DNA of 64,000 nucleotides from a virus. The stretch covers positions 2,893-66,892 of IMG/VR virus record IMGVR_UViG_3300045921_000803; one strand, 5' to 3'. Both the position numbers and the translations under genes were made by a program. Shown piece by piece: positions 1 through 10,028 of the stretch (position 1 is the first letter of the stretch; each line of letters opens with the position of its first letter). The notes beneath the pieces were generated by a model. The model did no database searches and had not been told where the DNA came from. It was given only the letters and a program-made list of their open reading frames with translations.

Positions 1-40
1 CAATCTCGGAGATGAGTTCTTGTATTTGCTCTATAGTCAT
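1..40 (-). CDS. partial CDS running off the window (MTIEQIQELISEI...)
   Basis: ATG at 40 with AGGAGG RBS just after the stop of 51..431; frame open to window edge. Confidence 0.6.
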   Translation of the reverse strand, partial: MTIEQIQELISEI

Positions 41-50
41 ATGGCCTCCT

Positions 51-431
51 TTATAAGACCTTTGTAATTTTTACTTGTGTGTAGACTTCGGAGTCTCCGT
101 AGGTTAAGGCAGCTCCATAGCCGTCAGTGGTTTTTGTAGTTCCCACTCTGTGTTGAATTTCAAAAGTTGTAGCCACGGATATACTAAAACTTCCATTAAT
201 AATGCTATTACTTAAAGCAAAATCTCCAGTACTGCCTGAAATACCAGATAATCCTATCAATATATCCGCTGGAGTTTGAGAAGTCTGTCTTAATTTTATT
301 TTATGTCCTGAAACTCTATAAGCAGGAGCAGTTGCCTCAATATGATAGGTCCCAGGTTGAAGAGTAAACTGGTTAGAAGCCAAGGATACAAAGCTTGTGT
401 CTCCTTCCAGAGTGTTCAGTGTTCTTGCCAT
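51..431 (-). CDS. putative tail fibre tip/receptor-binding jelly-roll (C1q/BclA-like) protein, paralog A
   Basis: beta-rich; shares RTLNTLEGDTSFVSLASNQFTLQPGTYHIEA and GDSEVYTQVKI with 1233..1760 and 3333..3878; within fibre cluster. Confidence 0.65.
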   Translation of the reverse strand: MARTLNTLEGDTSFVSLASNQFTLQPGTYHIEATAPAYRVSGHKIKLRQTSQTPADILIGLSGISGSTGDFALSNSIINGSFSISVATTFEIQHRVGTTKTTDGYGAALTYGDSEVYTQVKITKVL

Positions 432-441
432 TGCTTTTTTC

Positions 442-1206
442 CTAGTTCACTTTTATAAAATAGTTAATTAGTATATTATTTGGTCGTGTTTCTGAAGATG
501 TTCTAGGAGTTCCGTTTGCACCATCACTTGTTGGGCTTACGTCCCCCCAAGTTTGGTTCGCGATGAATGTCGTACCTTGAGAGAGCCTTGTATTAGTTCC
601 CGAAGCTCCGCTTGTGGGATACTGTATTGTGTGATGGTGACCATGCATGGCATCGTCCTGTCTAGCACCCAAAGCGTTACCACTACTACCGTTTTCACTG
701 CTTTTAACCCTAGCGGAGCTATCAGGATCTTCCCACTGAGTTAGTGTATGAGTACCAGTACCTACAGAAGTTAGATTAATAGCTGTTCCAGCAATAGCGT
801 TAGCTAGGGTGGATGCTACCCTGATGGTGTTAGGATCTACAATAATTACGTAATATGTCTCTGTTGCAACCAGTCCAGCAGGTAGTGTTCCAGAGCTTGT
901 AAATCTCACCTTAAATCCTGTACGGGTTATCCCATGATTTGTGATCGTAATGTTCTCGTTCGTGATGTTAACATCGGTAGTTGCAAATGTTCTGTTGGAA
1001 TAGTTGACCCTTCCTCGTAGAAACTGACCTCTTAAATCAGGAACGGTATTTTCTCCGGTAGCCACAGCATAGGTAGTGCCCGCTACAGACCTACCATCGG
1101 CAAGCACCCAGTCGGTTCCATTTACGCCTTGAAACTGAGCCTCTGTAAGCATGGAGGCAACGATGCTTCCAACCGGCTGTGATAATGCTTTTGTTTTTGC
1201 TGCCAT
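442..1206 (-). CDS. tail fibre protein with tail-collar domain
   Basis: PVGSIVAS...WVLADG...VPDLRGQFLRG collar motif; HHH and ETRPNNILINYFIK C-terminus typical of collar fibres. Confidence 0.8.
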   Translation of the reverse strand: MAAKTKALSQPVGSIVASMLTEAQFQGVNGTDWVLADGRSVAGTTYAVATGENTVPDLRGQFLRGRVNYSNRTFATTDVNITNENITITNHGITRTGFKVRFTSSGTLPAGLVATETYYVIIVDPNTIRVASTLANAIAGTAINLTSVGTGTHTLTQWEDPDSSARVKSSENGSSGNALGARQDDAMHGHHHTIQYPTSGASGTNTRLSQGTTFIANQTWGDVSPTSDGANGTPRTSSETRPNNILINYFIKVN

Positions 1207-1232
1207 AAAATCTCCTAATTATTACGAAACAC

Positions 1233-1760
1233 CTAAGCGCCTACCTTCACTATCTTTACTTGTGTGTAGACTTCGGAGTCTCCAAAGTTTGATGCAGCCC
1301 CAAAACCAAATGTTGTAAATGTAAAGCTGACTCTATGCTGAATTTCAAAAGTTGTAGACGCTGAAATTGTAAAAGTACCAACAATTTGCGAATCGGTTAC
1401 AGCCAAAGTGGATGAAGCGTTGATATTATCGTTGTTCCAACTAACACTGCTTTTTCCGATTATTACATCAGTAGAGTTAGTGATGTTTCTTAGTTTTGCT
1501 TTATGGGATTGAACTTGGTAAGCAGGAGCAGTTGCCTCAATGTGGTAAGTCCCTGGCTGCAAGGTAAACTGGTTAGAAGCCAAGGATACAAAGCTTGTGT
1601 CTCCTTCTAGAGTATTAAGTGTTCTTGTCTGATAAGAACCTGCGGTTGCTGTCCCACCCGCCGTATTATTGGCCTTAACGTCTTTGATGTATACTATGCC
1701 GGAGCCCAGGGCGTTATCTAATCTATTTTCTATGTCATCTATTCTTGGAGTTAAGCTCAT
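1233..1760 (-). CDS. putative tail fibre tip jelly-roll protein, paralog B
   Basis: paralog of 51..431 and 3333..3878. Confidence 0.65.
   Translation of the reverse strand: MSLTPRIDDIENRLDNALGSGIVYIKDVKANNTAGGTATAGSYQTRTLNTLEGDTSFVSLASNQFTLQPGTYHIEATAPAYQVQSHKAKLRNITNSTDVIIGKSSVSWNNDNINASSTLAVTDSQIVGTFTISASTTFEIQHRVSFTFTTFGFGAASNFGDSEVYTQVKIVKVGA
1521..1691. repeat. ~170-bp direct repeat, second copy at ~3642..3812 (partial third copy ~321..428)
   Basis: near-identical DNA (only a handful of mismatches by eye) encoding the shared N-terminal framework of the tip paralogs. Confidence 0.9.
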
Positions 1761-1769
1761 ATTTATATC

Positions 1770-3323
1770 CTATGTCTTGATAATGTAGTTGACAGAAACG
1801 TTGTTAGATCTTGTCTCTCTGCCTAAGTTTGTTGATGCTACGTCCTCATTGTAGCTAGAGACACTGGTTCCACCACTTACACTGACTCCGCCCACAGCGT
1901 TTAAGAAACCACCAGCGTTTCCACTGGCAAATCTATGATTGTGAACCCCAACCGCCCATTCTTCCTGAGAACCAACATTTGGACCAGTAGATCCACCAGA
2001 CTGCAAGGCAAAACGACCTGCAGCATCAGGGGAAACCCACTGTCTGATCACAGCCGAATTTGCTCCAGTGATTGCTATCCTGGTATTAGATAAAGCATTT
2101 GCATGGGTTGTTGCAAAAGCCAAGGTGTTAGCATCAACAACAATCGCATAATAAGTTGTTGTGGTGTTAAGTCCAGACAATGTACCTGAAACCATCCTTA
2201 CTGGCATGCCAGTTCTATTGATACCGTGAGCGGTGAAGGTTGCGGCATTAGATGATGCAGTTCCCGACCCAGTAACTTGTGGAATATTGATATTTCCTCT
2301 TAAAAATTGACCTCTAAGGTCAGGAAGATTAAAAGTGGTAGATCCATCCCCGGCGCCAAAATTTGTGCCTACATTTGCGAATAGTCTAGAGTATGTCGTC
2401 CTGCTGATTTCGGAACCATCACATATAAGATAACCCTGCGGAGCAGTATTTCCGCCATACGCCTGTATGGTTCCCGCTGGGATAAGATTGAGTACAAAGT
2501 CGGCAAAATTCTTAAGATCGACATTATTAGGGGCGGTTTGGAAGGTCGTAGTAGGTACTCCAGCCAACGCAGCTAGGGTAGGAATCATGGCGTCTACCTG
2601 TCCTGCCAGGGTCTCAACAACTGCCATGGTGGAGCCTGCCGGTCTTTCTGCGGTCTGCTCACCAAGAACAAGATATGACCTGTCATTTATTGGATCTGGG
2701 GTGTTCATCTCTATCAGAGAACCTAGTCCTGCGCCTGCGTCAACCTCATAGTAGTTGGCATCTAGATTGGTGTCGCTGTTTCCGGTATTCCTAAACTGCT
2801 GTGCGCCATCGATGAAAACGGTCACCGCGCCAACCTGCTGGCTGGGGTACTTGCCTACAGCAAAAACCTGACCAACATTTATGGTTGTTTGGTTGGCAGG
2901 AAGAACTCCGGTAGCAACTATTCTGTTAGAATCCACCACCTGCAAACCGTCTTTTACTGACGTTTCAATCTCAACTACAAATATCTCGCCGTCTTCTGCC
3001 GTAAATCCTTGAAAATCAATCCGCTCATTGGTTGGTATGGTGTACGAAAGATCTTGAATTAGCTTTCCTTTTGCGGAGGAGGTGATAGTTACGTTTTTCT
3101 TAAAAAACAAAATTTTAGCTGCCTGAATTTCTGAATAGTTTGGATTTACAAACCCTAAGGATGCCATCTCGGATGGCTGAACAAGAGACCCTATATTTAT
3201 GCCGGTTTCTCCGGCAGCAGCCTTGTGGGCAAACACAAGTTTTTTGTAGGCAGACCCTGCCTGCTTCTGCTGAAGCACGTCTTTTTTCTTCAGACTTAAT
3301 GTGTTTCTACCTGTTAAAGACAT
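1770..3323 (-). CDS. tail fibre protein with tail-collar domain
   Basis: IPAGTIQAYGGNTAPQGYLICDGSEISRTTYSRLF...FNLPDLRGQFLRG collar signature; ETRSNNVSVNYIIK end. Confidence 0.85.
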   Translation of the reverse strand: MSLTGRNTLSLKKKDVLQQKQAGSAYKKLVFAHKAAAGETGINIGSLVQPSEMASLGFVNPNYSEIQAAKILFFKKNVTITSSAKGKLIQDLSYTIPTNERIDFQGFTAEDGEIFVVEIETSVKDGLQVVDSNRIVATGVLPANQTTINVGQVFAVGKYPSQQVGAVTVFIDGAQQFRNTGNSDTNLDANYYEVDAGAGLGSLIEMNTPDPINDRSYLVLGEQTAERPAGSTMAVVETLAGQVDAMIPTLAALAGVPTTTFQTAPNNVDLKNFADFVLNLIPAGTIQAYGGNTAPQGYLICDGSEISRTTYSRLFANVGTNFGAGDGSTTFNLPDLRGQFLRGNINIPQVTGSGTASSNAATFTAHGINRTGMPVRMVSGTLSGLNTTTTYYAIVVDANTLAFATTHANALSNTRIAITGANSAVIRQWVSPDAAGRFALQSGGSTGPNVGSQEEWAVGVHNHRFASGNAGGFLNAVGGVSVSGGTSVSSYNEDVASTNLGRETRSNNVSVNYIIKT

Positions 3324-3332
3324 GTTGGCTCC

Positions 3333-3878
3333 TTAGTAAGCTTCATCAATAGTTTCTATTTTAGTGATTTTGACCTGCGTGTAGACTTCGGAGTCTCCAA
3401 AGTTTGCTGCTCTACCAAAACCTTGACCACTTTGCGTGGTTAGTACCCTATGTTGTATTTCAAATGTAGTTGCTGTTGCAATCGTAAATACACCTTTAAG
3501 TAGCGCGGCATCAGCTATATCTACAGTGGTACTGCCAGTAGCCTGGGTCATAGCATTTTGCCCAACTATAGTAGTTGTAGAGTTTGTTATATCTCTAAGC
3601 CTTATTTTGTGCATACCAATACTATTACTTGCTACACTGTTAGCAGGAGCTTCCGCCTCAATGTGGTAAGTCCCTGGCTGCAAGGTAAACTGGTTAGAAG
3701 CCAAGGACACAAAGCTTGTGTCTCCTTCTAGAGTGTTAAGTGTTCTTGTCTGATAAGAACCTGCGGTTGCTGTCCCACCCGCCGTATTATTAGCCTTAAC
3801 GTCTTTGATGTAGCATACTTTTTCTACAACATTAGATAATTTTCCAATATTGCTTAATCTTAAAACTTTGGTGGCCAT
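3333..3878 (-). CDS. putative tail fibre tip jelly-roll protein, paralog C
   Basis: paralog of 51..431 and 1233..1760. Confidence 0.65.
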   Translation of the reverse strand: MATKVLRLSNIGKLSNVVEKVCYIKDVKANNTAGGTATAGSYQTRTLNTLEGDTSFVSLASNQFTLQPGTYHIEAEAPANSVASNSIGMHKIRLRDITNSTTTIVGQNAMTQATGSTTVDIADAALLKGVFTIATATTFEIQHRVLTTQSGQGFGRAANFGDSEVYTQVKITKIETIDEAY

Positions 3879-3880
3879 AA

Positions 3881-4651
3881 TTATAAATCCTTAATAGGAG
3901 TGTTGTTGATGCCGTTACCTTCGTAATCTATTGTGACGAAAGTTCTATCCGTACCTACGGTAATAGTAACGGTGCCGGTACCATTAGAAGTTAAAAGGTC
4001 GATAGTGTCACCAGCATTTAGGTAAACAACAGTAATAGCGTGTATAGTTTCTCCGCCGTTATTATAGGCCAATTGGCCTTGCGCGATAGTTGTAGAACCA
4101 TTTCTTCTTATGGCCAAATTATGGTTTTCATTTCCGCCTGTTGTTCTAGGATATTGCGAAATTATCCTGTAGTATCCAGGAATAACAGCTCTAAAATTCC
4201 ATCCAGCACCCACAGTTACTGTCGCATATTCGTCGTAGCTAGCTGTGTCAAAGTTAATTACGGTAGGCGTCGTGGTGCTGTTTAATGCCGTACTTCTAAA
4301 ATATCTAGCCCTGACATCGGCCATGATGCGATCTTCAATACTTACAAAAAGCCTGAACAAGGAGTTGTTTCCGCTAAAAAAACTACCTACTAGTTTCCAG
4401 CTAGAAAATCCAGCAGGGCCTGAGCTGTTTTCGTTAGCACTGATCCTAAGCTGAACAGAGCCTGAAACAACAACCGCAAAAACTTGATACCTGGTGTTTG
4501 CCGCCATCGTGACGTCTGTAGCTATCGTTCTTGATATGTTGCTTACGACATACTGCTGTCCACCTATGGTTAGGATACCGGAGGCTAAGGTAATAACTCC
4601 TGCGTTATGGCTTAAATTTCCGACTTTATCCTGTTTTAATACTTGTGGCAT
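3881..4651 (-). CDS. tail fibre-associated protein with C-terminal C1q-like domain
   Basis: INFDT...FRAVIPGYYRI...VYLNAGDTIDL resembles a C1q-like beta sandwich; start moved to ATG 4651 (AGGA RBS, after upstream stop). Confidence 0.6.
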   Translation of the reverse strand: MPQVLKQDKVGNLSHNAGVITLASGILTIGGQQYVVSNISRTIATDVTMAANTRYQVFAVVVSGSVQLRISANENSSGPAGFSSWKLVGSFFSGNNSLFRLFVSIEDRIMADVRARYFRSTALNSTTTPTVINFDTASYDEYATVTVGAGWNFRAVIPGYYRIISQYPRTTGGNENHNLAIRRNGSTTIAQGQLAYNNGGETIHAITVVYLNAGDTIDLLTSNGTGTVTITVGTDRTFVTIDYEGNGINNTPIKDL

Positions 4652-4658
4652 AATATTC

Positions 4659-5063
4659 CTAAATCTGATATCCGATAACGTATACATTCCAGCTAAAAGT
4701 TGTAGCTAACACGTTTTGTACCGCCGTTAGACCTATTGACGGACTGTAATCAATAACAAACGTAGAGGTAGCGTCAAGTCTAGCTGTACCGTTCTGGTCG
4801 GTATCATCAGAAGATGCACCAAAAACTAGGGCGCCTATTGTATCGCCTAGAGCAGTTCTGTAAATATAAAATGCTCTAAAATCACTTCCAGATCCACCTC
4901 TAGCCCGTATCATAAAAAACACTTTAGACGGAGTTATGCCATTAAAAATGGATGGAGTCAAATTTACCGTCCTATTTCCTCCGCCAGAAGTCGAGAGTGC
5001 TAAAAATTCTGTTTGGAGTAGTACGAGTCCTGAAGGTATAGTTTTTTGTAAAGTTCTTGCCAT
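4659..5063 (-). CDS. putative tail fibre accessory protein
   Basis: beta-rich, tightly packed in fibre operon. Confidence 0.55.
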   Translation of the reverse strand: MARTLQKTIPSGLVLLQTEFLALSTSGGGNRTVNLTPSIFNGITPSKVFFMIRARGGSGSDFRAFYIYRTALGDTIGALVFGASSDDTDQNGTARLDATSTFVIDYSPSIGLTAVQNVLATTFSWNVYVIGYQI

Positions 5064-5072
5064 GTCTACCGC

Positions 5073-7019
5073 CTACACACTGTAAATTTCAATTTCGTCT
5101 GCATTGTTAATTACTAATTCTCGCAAAGTTCCGTCCGGACGTCTTAAAAATATACCGCGACCAGGAACCGATCTGTCAATACTTGCATCCGTAGAACCAA
5201 GATGGTTACTTGCCAGAAGAAGAGCATTCACATCAGATTGGTCAAACACGGTTCCGTCGATCTGTACAAACCTTAGAAGAATCGTGTCTCCGGGGCTTAG
5301 GAATTGTCCGGCTTCAAATATAACCTTCTGTCCATCCAAGCTGAACGCACCATACGTATAAACCTGTCCAGTATTTACGTCGTAAACCTTAAGAAGATCT
5401 GGGTGTGGCGTGAACTTTGTTAGTGTGAACTCGGTCTCATCGAGGCTTCCATCGAATTCAAATATCTGAACGTTTATCTGCCCATCGGCAACTTTAGCGC
5501 TCAGTGTTTTGTCATAATATAAACCAAAAGCGGCTAATTTTCTTGCAGCAGCAGAACCCGTAACTCTTACCCTAAGATCAAGTTCGACACCTTCTAAAGA
5601 AAATATAGCCTTAAAATTTGTTTCGGTAGACCATGCGCTACCATTAAATCTGCGAACAAAAGGTGCGGAAGCAGAGCTGTCGGCATCCCATCTCAAAGCG
5701 GTAACTCCCGCAGAATATGTACCGGTATACCCTATGGTTCTTAAAACCAGATGGTAGTCGTCAGCGACAACGGTTACTTCCGGAAGTTCTACGGTTAGAG
5801 TTCCTGTGGATATGGATGACATAGCTATGGGGGTTGATTCGGAAAGAACGTCCTGCGATGCGGTTGAAGGATCTCCAGACCCATCATCCCTGACTATGGA
5901 AACTACGAGGAATCCATCGGGAGTACCGATTTTTGTAAGATTTACATCTACCGATCTGATGATAGATTTTTCAGATAGGGAGAACGGTTGTGACATTCTC
6001 TGTCTTGTCGTGGCGTCAAATTCCAGGTTACCAGCACCCGTAGCATTAGAAGCCAAAACCTGCAATACCGACTCTTCTTCGAAAACATGGTAGCCACGAT
6101 AAAGTTCCGTAGAACCAACGCGCTCCATGTTGATGGTTTGCCATTCAAGGCCTCCATTTCTTGAGACTTCGTATGTGGCAGCCGTGTCTATTGCTGTAGA
6201 GTTCCAGAAGGTGAGAAGCTCAATCTCACTCAATGCATTTGAGTTGTTCAAGAATTCATTCGGATCAAGCAGATTGATACTCACAAAAGTCTCACCGCTA
6301 TCTATGTCAAAGGTGTTTGTAACCAGGTTGAATGAGCCCGTAGAGGATAGGTCAGTTTTTAGGTTTTTATCAGTTTTAAAAATAAGTGGAGAGACAAGCT
6401 CGAAGAAAGAATCCAAGAAGTGATTCTTGATTGTTTCCAGGATCTCGTTTGCTGTACCTGCTCCTCCGCCGCCAGTTCCGGTACCGAACTGTCGAATATT
6501 GTTCTGTGTGATGTTCTGGATTGTTCCAGCAATGTTTTGCACCACAACAAAACCAGCCGCCAGAGTTTCATCCGGAGGTGGTGGAAGATTTACGATTGCT
6601 GCAGATTCTGTAGCCGCCTCGTCGCCAACAATCGTGTTTAGATCGCTTGCTCCGTCAATATAGAAAAGCACCGCTGCGAAATTTCCGGAGGCAAGATTTA
6701 ACTGGGTAATTCCGCCTGTAGACGTAGTGATGTTGCCGCCAGACAGGGAAGGAAAGGTAACCGTGCCGGATGTAAATTGTACATATGCGGTTCCGATATG
6801 AGGTATGGCACGACGACGGTTCGACTCGGAGTTTAAAAGATCCCCACCGCCTACGTTAACTACAAGGGAAGCTGGTTCAGTGGCTGAAAGTCTAAGTAGA
6901 GGCGTCAGCTCGTTGTTTGTAGACGAGGCTAGGTTGTCACCCTCAGGATTGGTAGAGGTGCTTAGCTGGTCTAAAACCCCTCTATATATCGTCTGACGTA
7001 GATCTGTTTTGGTAGACAT
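5073..7019 (-). CDS. virion structural/tail appendage protein
   Basis: 648 aa, beta-rich, GGGG linker, in tail operon. Confidence 0.6.
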   Translation of the reverse strand: MSTKTDLRQTIYRGVLDQLSTSTNPEGDNLASSTNNELTPLLRLSATEPASLVVNVGGGDLLNSESNRRRAIPHIGTAYVQFTSGTVTFPSLSGGNITTSTGGITQLNLASGNFAAVLFYIDGASDLNTIVGDEAATESAAIVNLPPPPDETLAAGFVVVQNIAGTIQNITQNNIRQFGTGTGGGGAGTANEILETIKNHFLDSFFELVSPLIFKTDKNLKTDLSSTGSFNLVTNTFDIDSGETFVSINLLDPNEFLNNSNALSEIELLTFWNSTAIDTAATYEVSRNGGLEWQTINMERVGSTELYRGYHVFEEESVLQVLASNATGAGNLEFDATTRQRMSQPFSLSEKSIIRSVDVNLTKIGTPDGFLVVSIVRDDGSGDPSTASQDVLSESTPIAMSSISTGTLTVELPEVTVVADDYHLVLRTIGYTGTYSAGVTALRWDADSSASAPFVRRFNGSAWSTETNFKAIFSLEGVELDLRVRVTGSAAARKLAAFGLYYDKTLSAKVADGQINVQIFEFDGSLDETEFTLTKFTPHPDLLKVYDVNTGQVYTYGAFSLDGQKVIFEAGQFLSPGDTILLRFVQIDGTVFDQSDVNALLLASNHLGSTDASIDRSVPGRGIFLRRPDGTLRELVINNADEIEIYSV

Positions 7020-7046
7020 CTTTATTCCTTTATCTTATATCTTATC

Positions 7047-7072
7047 ATAAACGCGGACCCGAAGGTCCGCGT
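7047..7072 (-). terminator. UUCG-capped hairpin, probable terminator or RNA-stabilising stem
   Basis: - strand ACGCGGACC-TTCG-GGTCCGCGT followed by short TTAT in the intergenic gap; U-tract weak. Confidence 0.55.
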
Positions 7073-7094
7073 CTATATTTTTGTAAATATTATA

Positions 7095-8744
7095 TTACGC
7101 CTCTACGAACGTAATCTGTAGAACATCGCCGACCACAAGCTCGGAAGCTCCTCCGGTAGCGATATCGTTCTCAAAACTGATCCTGGTAACCCCACCAGAA
7201 CCTCCGGTATAGTCTACCGTGTATTCGTATGAAGCACCTTCAAATATAGCTCCCGCACCACGAATAAGCACAGAGATGGAGCCAACCACAGCTTCTGCTG
7301 ATAGGTCTACATACTGGTTTGTGATGTCTCCGGATGCCAATACTATTGTTTGTTTTTGAAAAGCAGGGGCAGAAGAAGCTGGAGTTACCCAGGAAAGTGT
7401 TCCGTTACCATCGGTCTGTAGCACCTGACCACTAGATCCAGGGCTGTTAGGTAATGTTAGATCGTATGAGTTAGCAACAGTATTAGGTGACCTGACACCT
7501 ACGCCTGTAGTACCGGAGCTGGACAAAAACCTAAGAATCCTAGGAGATCCACTGTTTCTTTCCACCAGAAGCTCAGTTCCTTGGAAAGTGAAAGCGACGT
7601 TATTTGCAGAATCAATAAGCTCTCTGGTTTCCCAATTAAAAGCTACACTACTGGCTGAATCTATTAGTTGGCGACCACCGTAATCTAAGGATTGGTCTCC
7701 TGCAGTATCGTAGAGTGTACGAATACTAAAAGCAACAGATAGACCGCCGCTATCGTCTCTTAATTCTCTAAGGGGAACATCTAGTACTGTGTTGCTGCTG
7801 GTATCTAGAATTGCGCTGATATATGCCGTGCTAAAGCTGTTTGCTGCGGAGCCTAGGCTAAGCATCCCCGGATCTCCTGAAATGACGTTTCCGTTCATTA
7901 CTATGGGATTTCCAGAAGAAAGAGCGCTTATAGTGACCCTGTTTGAGGTATCAAGCTTGATTAGAGGAAGATCGGCATCGTTAGCAGCATTCCTGGCTCT
8001 TAAAAACTGATCGTTCTGAAGTCTGATCCTGGAACCGTCAACGGAATTAGCAATAATATCTGCGGTGATGGTGTTTGCTATATCGTCATACGTAAAGTCG
8101 ATACGAGCACTGTCGGTAAGTGCATTGCCTACCGCATCCTGGGCTCTCTCGTCTGTAAAATATAGTGCTGTGCCTTCAGATATGTCGTCGGTATCAAGAA
8201 CCACAACACCCTGTTGGCCATTCACCGAGCTTACCAGGTTTGAGTTGCTTGCCTTCTGCCATACGGTTCCTGAGTACATCACCCAGTCGCCAACCTCGAA
8301 AACTATGTTTCCAGAACCAAGATCTACCGTACCGGCAACCTCTGTCCTGTAAACATCACCAGCATTGCCGGTACCGTCTGCAAGGGTGGGTGTGTTCGTA
8401 TTAGCATTCCACTGACCCTTAAATTCCATTACCGAGTTAGGTAATTGCGAAGCAGGAACTTTTCCACCCGCATCCAGTGTAGCAACACCGTTGTTGGCAC
8501 CAAGTAAGGATTCGTCTACCTTGTCGTCTAGCTGATCCTGTATATCAGAAGTTACGTTGGCCAGGTATTGGAATTCGGTATTACTTACCGAACCATTCGC
8601 TATCTTTGCAGCGTCGAGGCCGGTAGCAACCTTGGCGTTCGTTACCGCATTATCCTGTATCTTTGCGGTAGCTACGGAATCAGCCGCTAGCTTGGCTTGC
8701 GTAACCGACAAGTCTTCTAAAAACTTGGTTTTTATCTGTGACAT
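7095..8744 (-). CDS. tail fibre-like protein
   Basis: VTxAKI repeats, ATLDAGGKVPASQLP, SVNGQQGVVVL and GQVLQTDGNGTLSW motifs typical of phage fibres. Confidence 0.75.
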   Translation of the reverse strand: MSQIKTKFLEDLSVTQAKLAADSVATAKIQDNAVTNAKVATGLDAAKIANGSVSNTEFQYLANVTSDIQDQLDDKVDESLLGANNGVATLDAGGKVPASQLPNSVMEFKGQWNANTNTPTLADGTGNAGDVYRTEVAGTVDLGSGNIVFEVGDWVMYSGTVWQKASNSNLVSSVNGQQGVVVLDTDDISEGTALYFTDERAQDAVGNALTDSARIDFTYDDIANTITADIIANSVDGSRIRLQNDQFLRARNAANDADLPLIKLDTSNRVTISALSSGNPIVMNGNVISGDPGMLSLGSAANSFSTAYISAILDTSSNTVLDVPLRELRDDSGGLSVAFSIRTLYDTAGDQSLDYGGRQLIDSASSVAFNWETRELIDSANNVAFTFQGTELLVERNSGSPRILRFLSSSGTTGVGVRSPNTVANSYDLTLPNSPGSSGQVLQTDGNGTLSWVTPASSAPAFQKQTIVLASGDITNQYVDLSAEAVVGSISVLIRGAGAIFEGASYEYTVDYTGGSGGVTRISFENDIATGGASELVVGDVLQITFVEA

Positions 8745-8777
8745 CCCTCTCTCCCTCTAGGCATATAATAAACTAAC

Positions 8778-9344
8778 CTAGAAATTATAAATAATAACTA
8801 AAACATCTCCGGCATCCAAGATGCCGTCTAAACCTAAACCATTCCAGGTGAGCGCATCGCCCACCACGCTAAAATCAACACCATAGATCTGCACAGGACC
8901 ACCAACAGCAAAAACCTTAACCTTTGTGGGGTCGGAAGGTGTTTCCGACAGGGTCAGCGTTTTTGCCGTAGCTTCACCAGAAGTTATTGTCCTATACTCT
9001 ACCTCTTCGCTGGCTGCAGAGCCTGATTCTACGGCTGTCTCCAAAGCCTCAAGGGCTTCTTTTATCGTAGAATCGTCCGGTATCGTGCTTCCTGGAAACA
9101 TACCCAGATCTACACTTCCGGGGGAAACCCCAGACAGAGTATTAAGACTGTTTATATGTCCTAGGTCAACATCCTCATCAGCAACATTTATGGTTCTTAC
9201 GTCGGTTATCGGTCCAGCGAAGGTGACATGGTCAGGACCGCCTAGGTTTATTTTGAGGTTCTGCACAACAAGGGTGTTCTGCGACAGATTTATATCTGTG
9301 TATATCCCCGAAACAAGCCTAGTTAACCTACTAATATCAGCCAT
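8778..9344 (-). CDS. virion structural protein; C-terminal domain resembles that of 7095..8744
   Basis: C-terminal ...GDVLxIx(F/Y) domain similar in both proteins. Confidence 0.55.
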   Translation of the reverse strand: MADISRLTRLVSGIYTDINLSQNTLVVQNLKINLGGPDHVTFAGPITDVRTINVADEDVDLGHINSLNTLSGVSPGSVDLGMFPGSTIPDDSTIKEALEALETAVESGSAASEEVEYRTITSGEATAKTLTLSETPSDPTKVKVFAVGGPVQIYGVDFSVVGDALTWNGLGLDGILDAGDVLVIIYNF

Positions 9345-9350
9345 AAAAAC

Positions 9351-9575
9351 TTATTTTTTTACCTTCAGATGATTTCTTCTTATAAGATTAGGGTCATTAT
9401 GTTTCAAAATCTCTATGCTTAAAACCGATTCTAGGCCGTATATAGACAGTAAACTGTTTATGTCTAGCGTTGCAGCATCTACGATGTTCCTTATCCTGGC
9501 CCTTAGGGTGCTTTCAACTTCCTGAAACTGCTCTTCTGAAAGGGAATCTAGGTCTATGTACTTATTTTTTTTCAT
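9351..9575 (-). CDS. hypothetical protein
   Basis: ORF translationally coupled within operon. Confidence 0.55.
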   Translation of the reverse strand: MKKNKYIDLDSLSEEQFQEVESTLRARIRNIVDAATLDINSLLSIYGLESVLSIEILKHNDPNLIRRNHLKVKK

Positions 9576-10021
9576 AATTTACCCACAAGCTGCATCTTTA
9601 CCAGAAGATCTTTCTGGGAAGGTGTTGTAGAATTCCTCACTATAACCCCTACCCTTATTATCGCATCACCTTCCAAGAAACCGGCATTCCCGATCGAAGG
9701 CAGAACGTTCGTAAGGCCTCCAGTCTTAGAGACATACAGGTAGTCCCCGTGCGCAAAAGATGTTGTAATATTTTCAATCCTTCCTGCCAAGGCTACGGGG
9801 CCTGAAGAGTTGTTGGCTATGCTGGCGGAGGTTACTCCTGCCAAGGCTACAACGGAATCCTCATCAGAAACGTCAATCAGGGTTAGTCTTCCATCATTAT
9901 CTACCGCAACAGGAGTCAGATTACCTATGGTGTTGCCGGACTGATTTATCATGATAGCAGACAGGTTGCTGTTTGCAGCCTGAGCTTCAGATATGATTGA
10001 CGCGTATGGTCGATAGCTCAT
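9572..10021 (-). CDS. putative structural (cement/fibre-like beta) protein
   Basis: GDYLYVSKTGGLTN motif common in phage decoration/fibre domains. Confidence 0.5.
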   Translation of the reverse strand: MSYRPYASIISEAQAANSNLSAIMINQSGNTIGNLTPVAVDNDGRLTLIDVSDEDSVVALAGVTSASIANNSSGPVALAGRIENITTSFAHGDYLYVSKTGGLTNVLPSIGNAGFLEGDAIIRVGVIVRNSTTPSQKDLLVKMQLVGKL

Positions 10022-10028
10022 TTGTTCC

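Noticed and set aside
51-3878. Diversity-generating retroelement (TR/VR) among the tip paralogs
   Set aside because: Differences are not adenine-specific, all copies are coding, and no reverse transcriptase is present in the window
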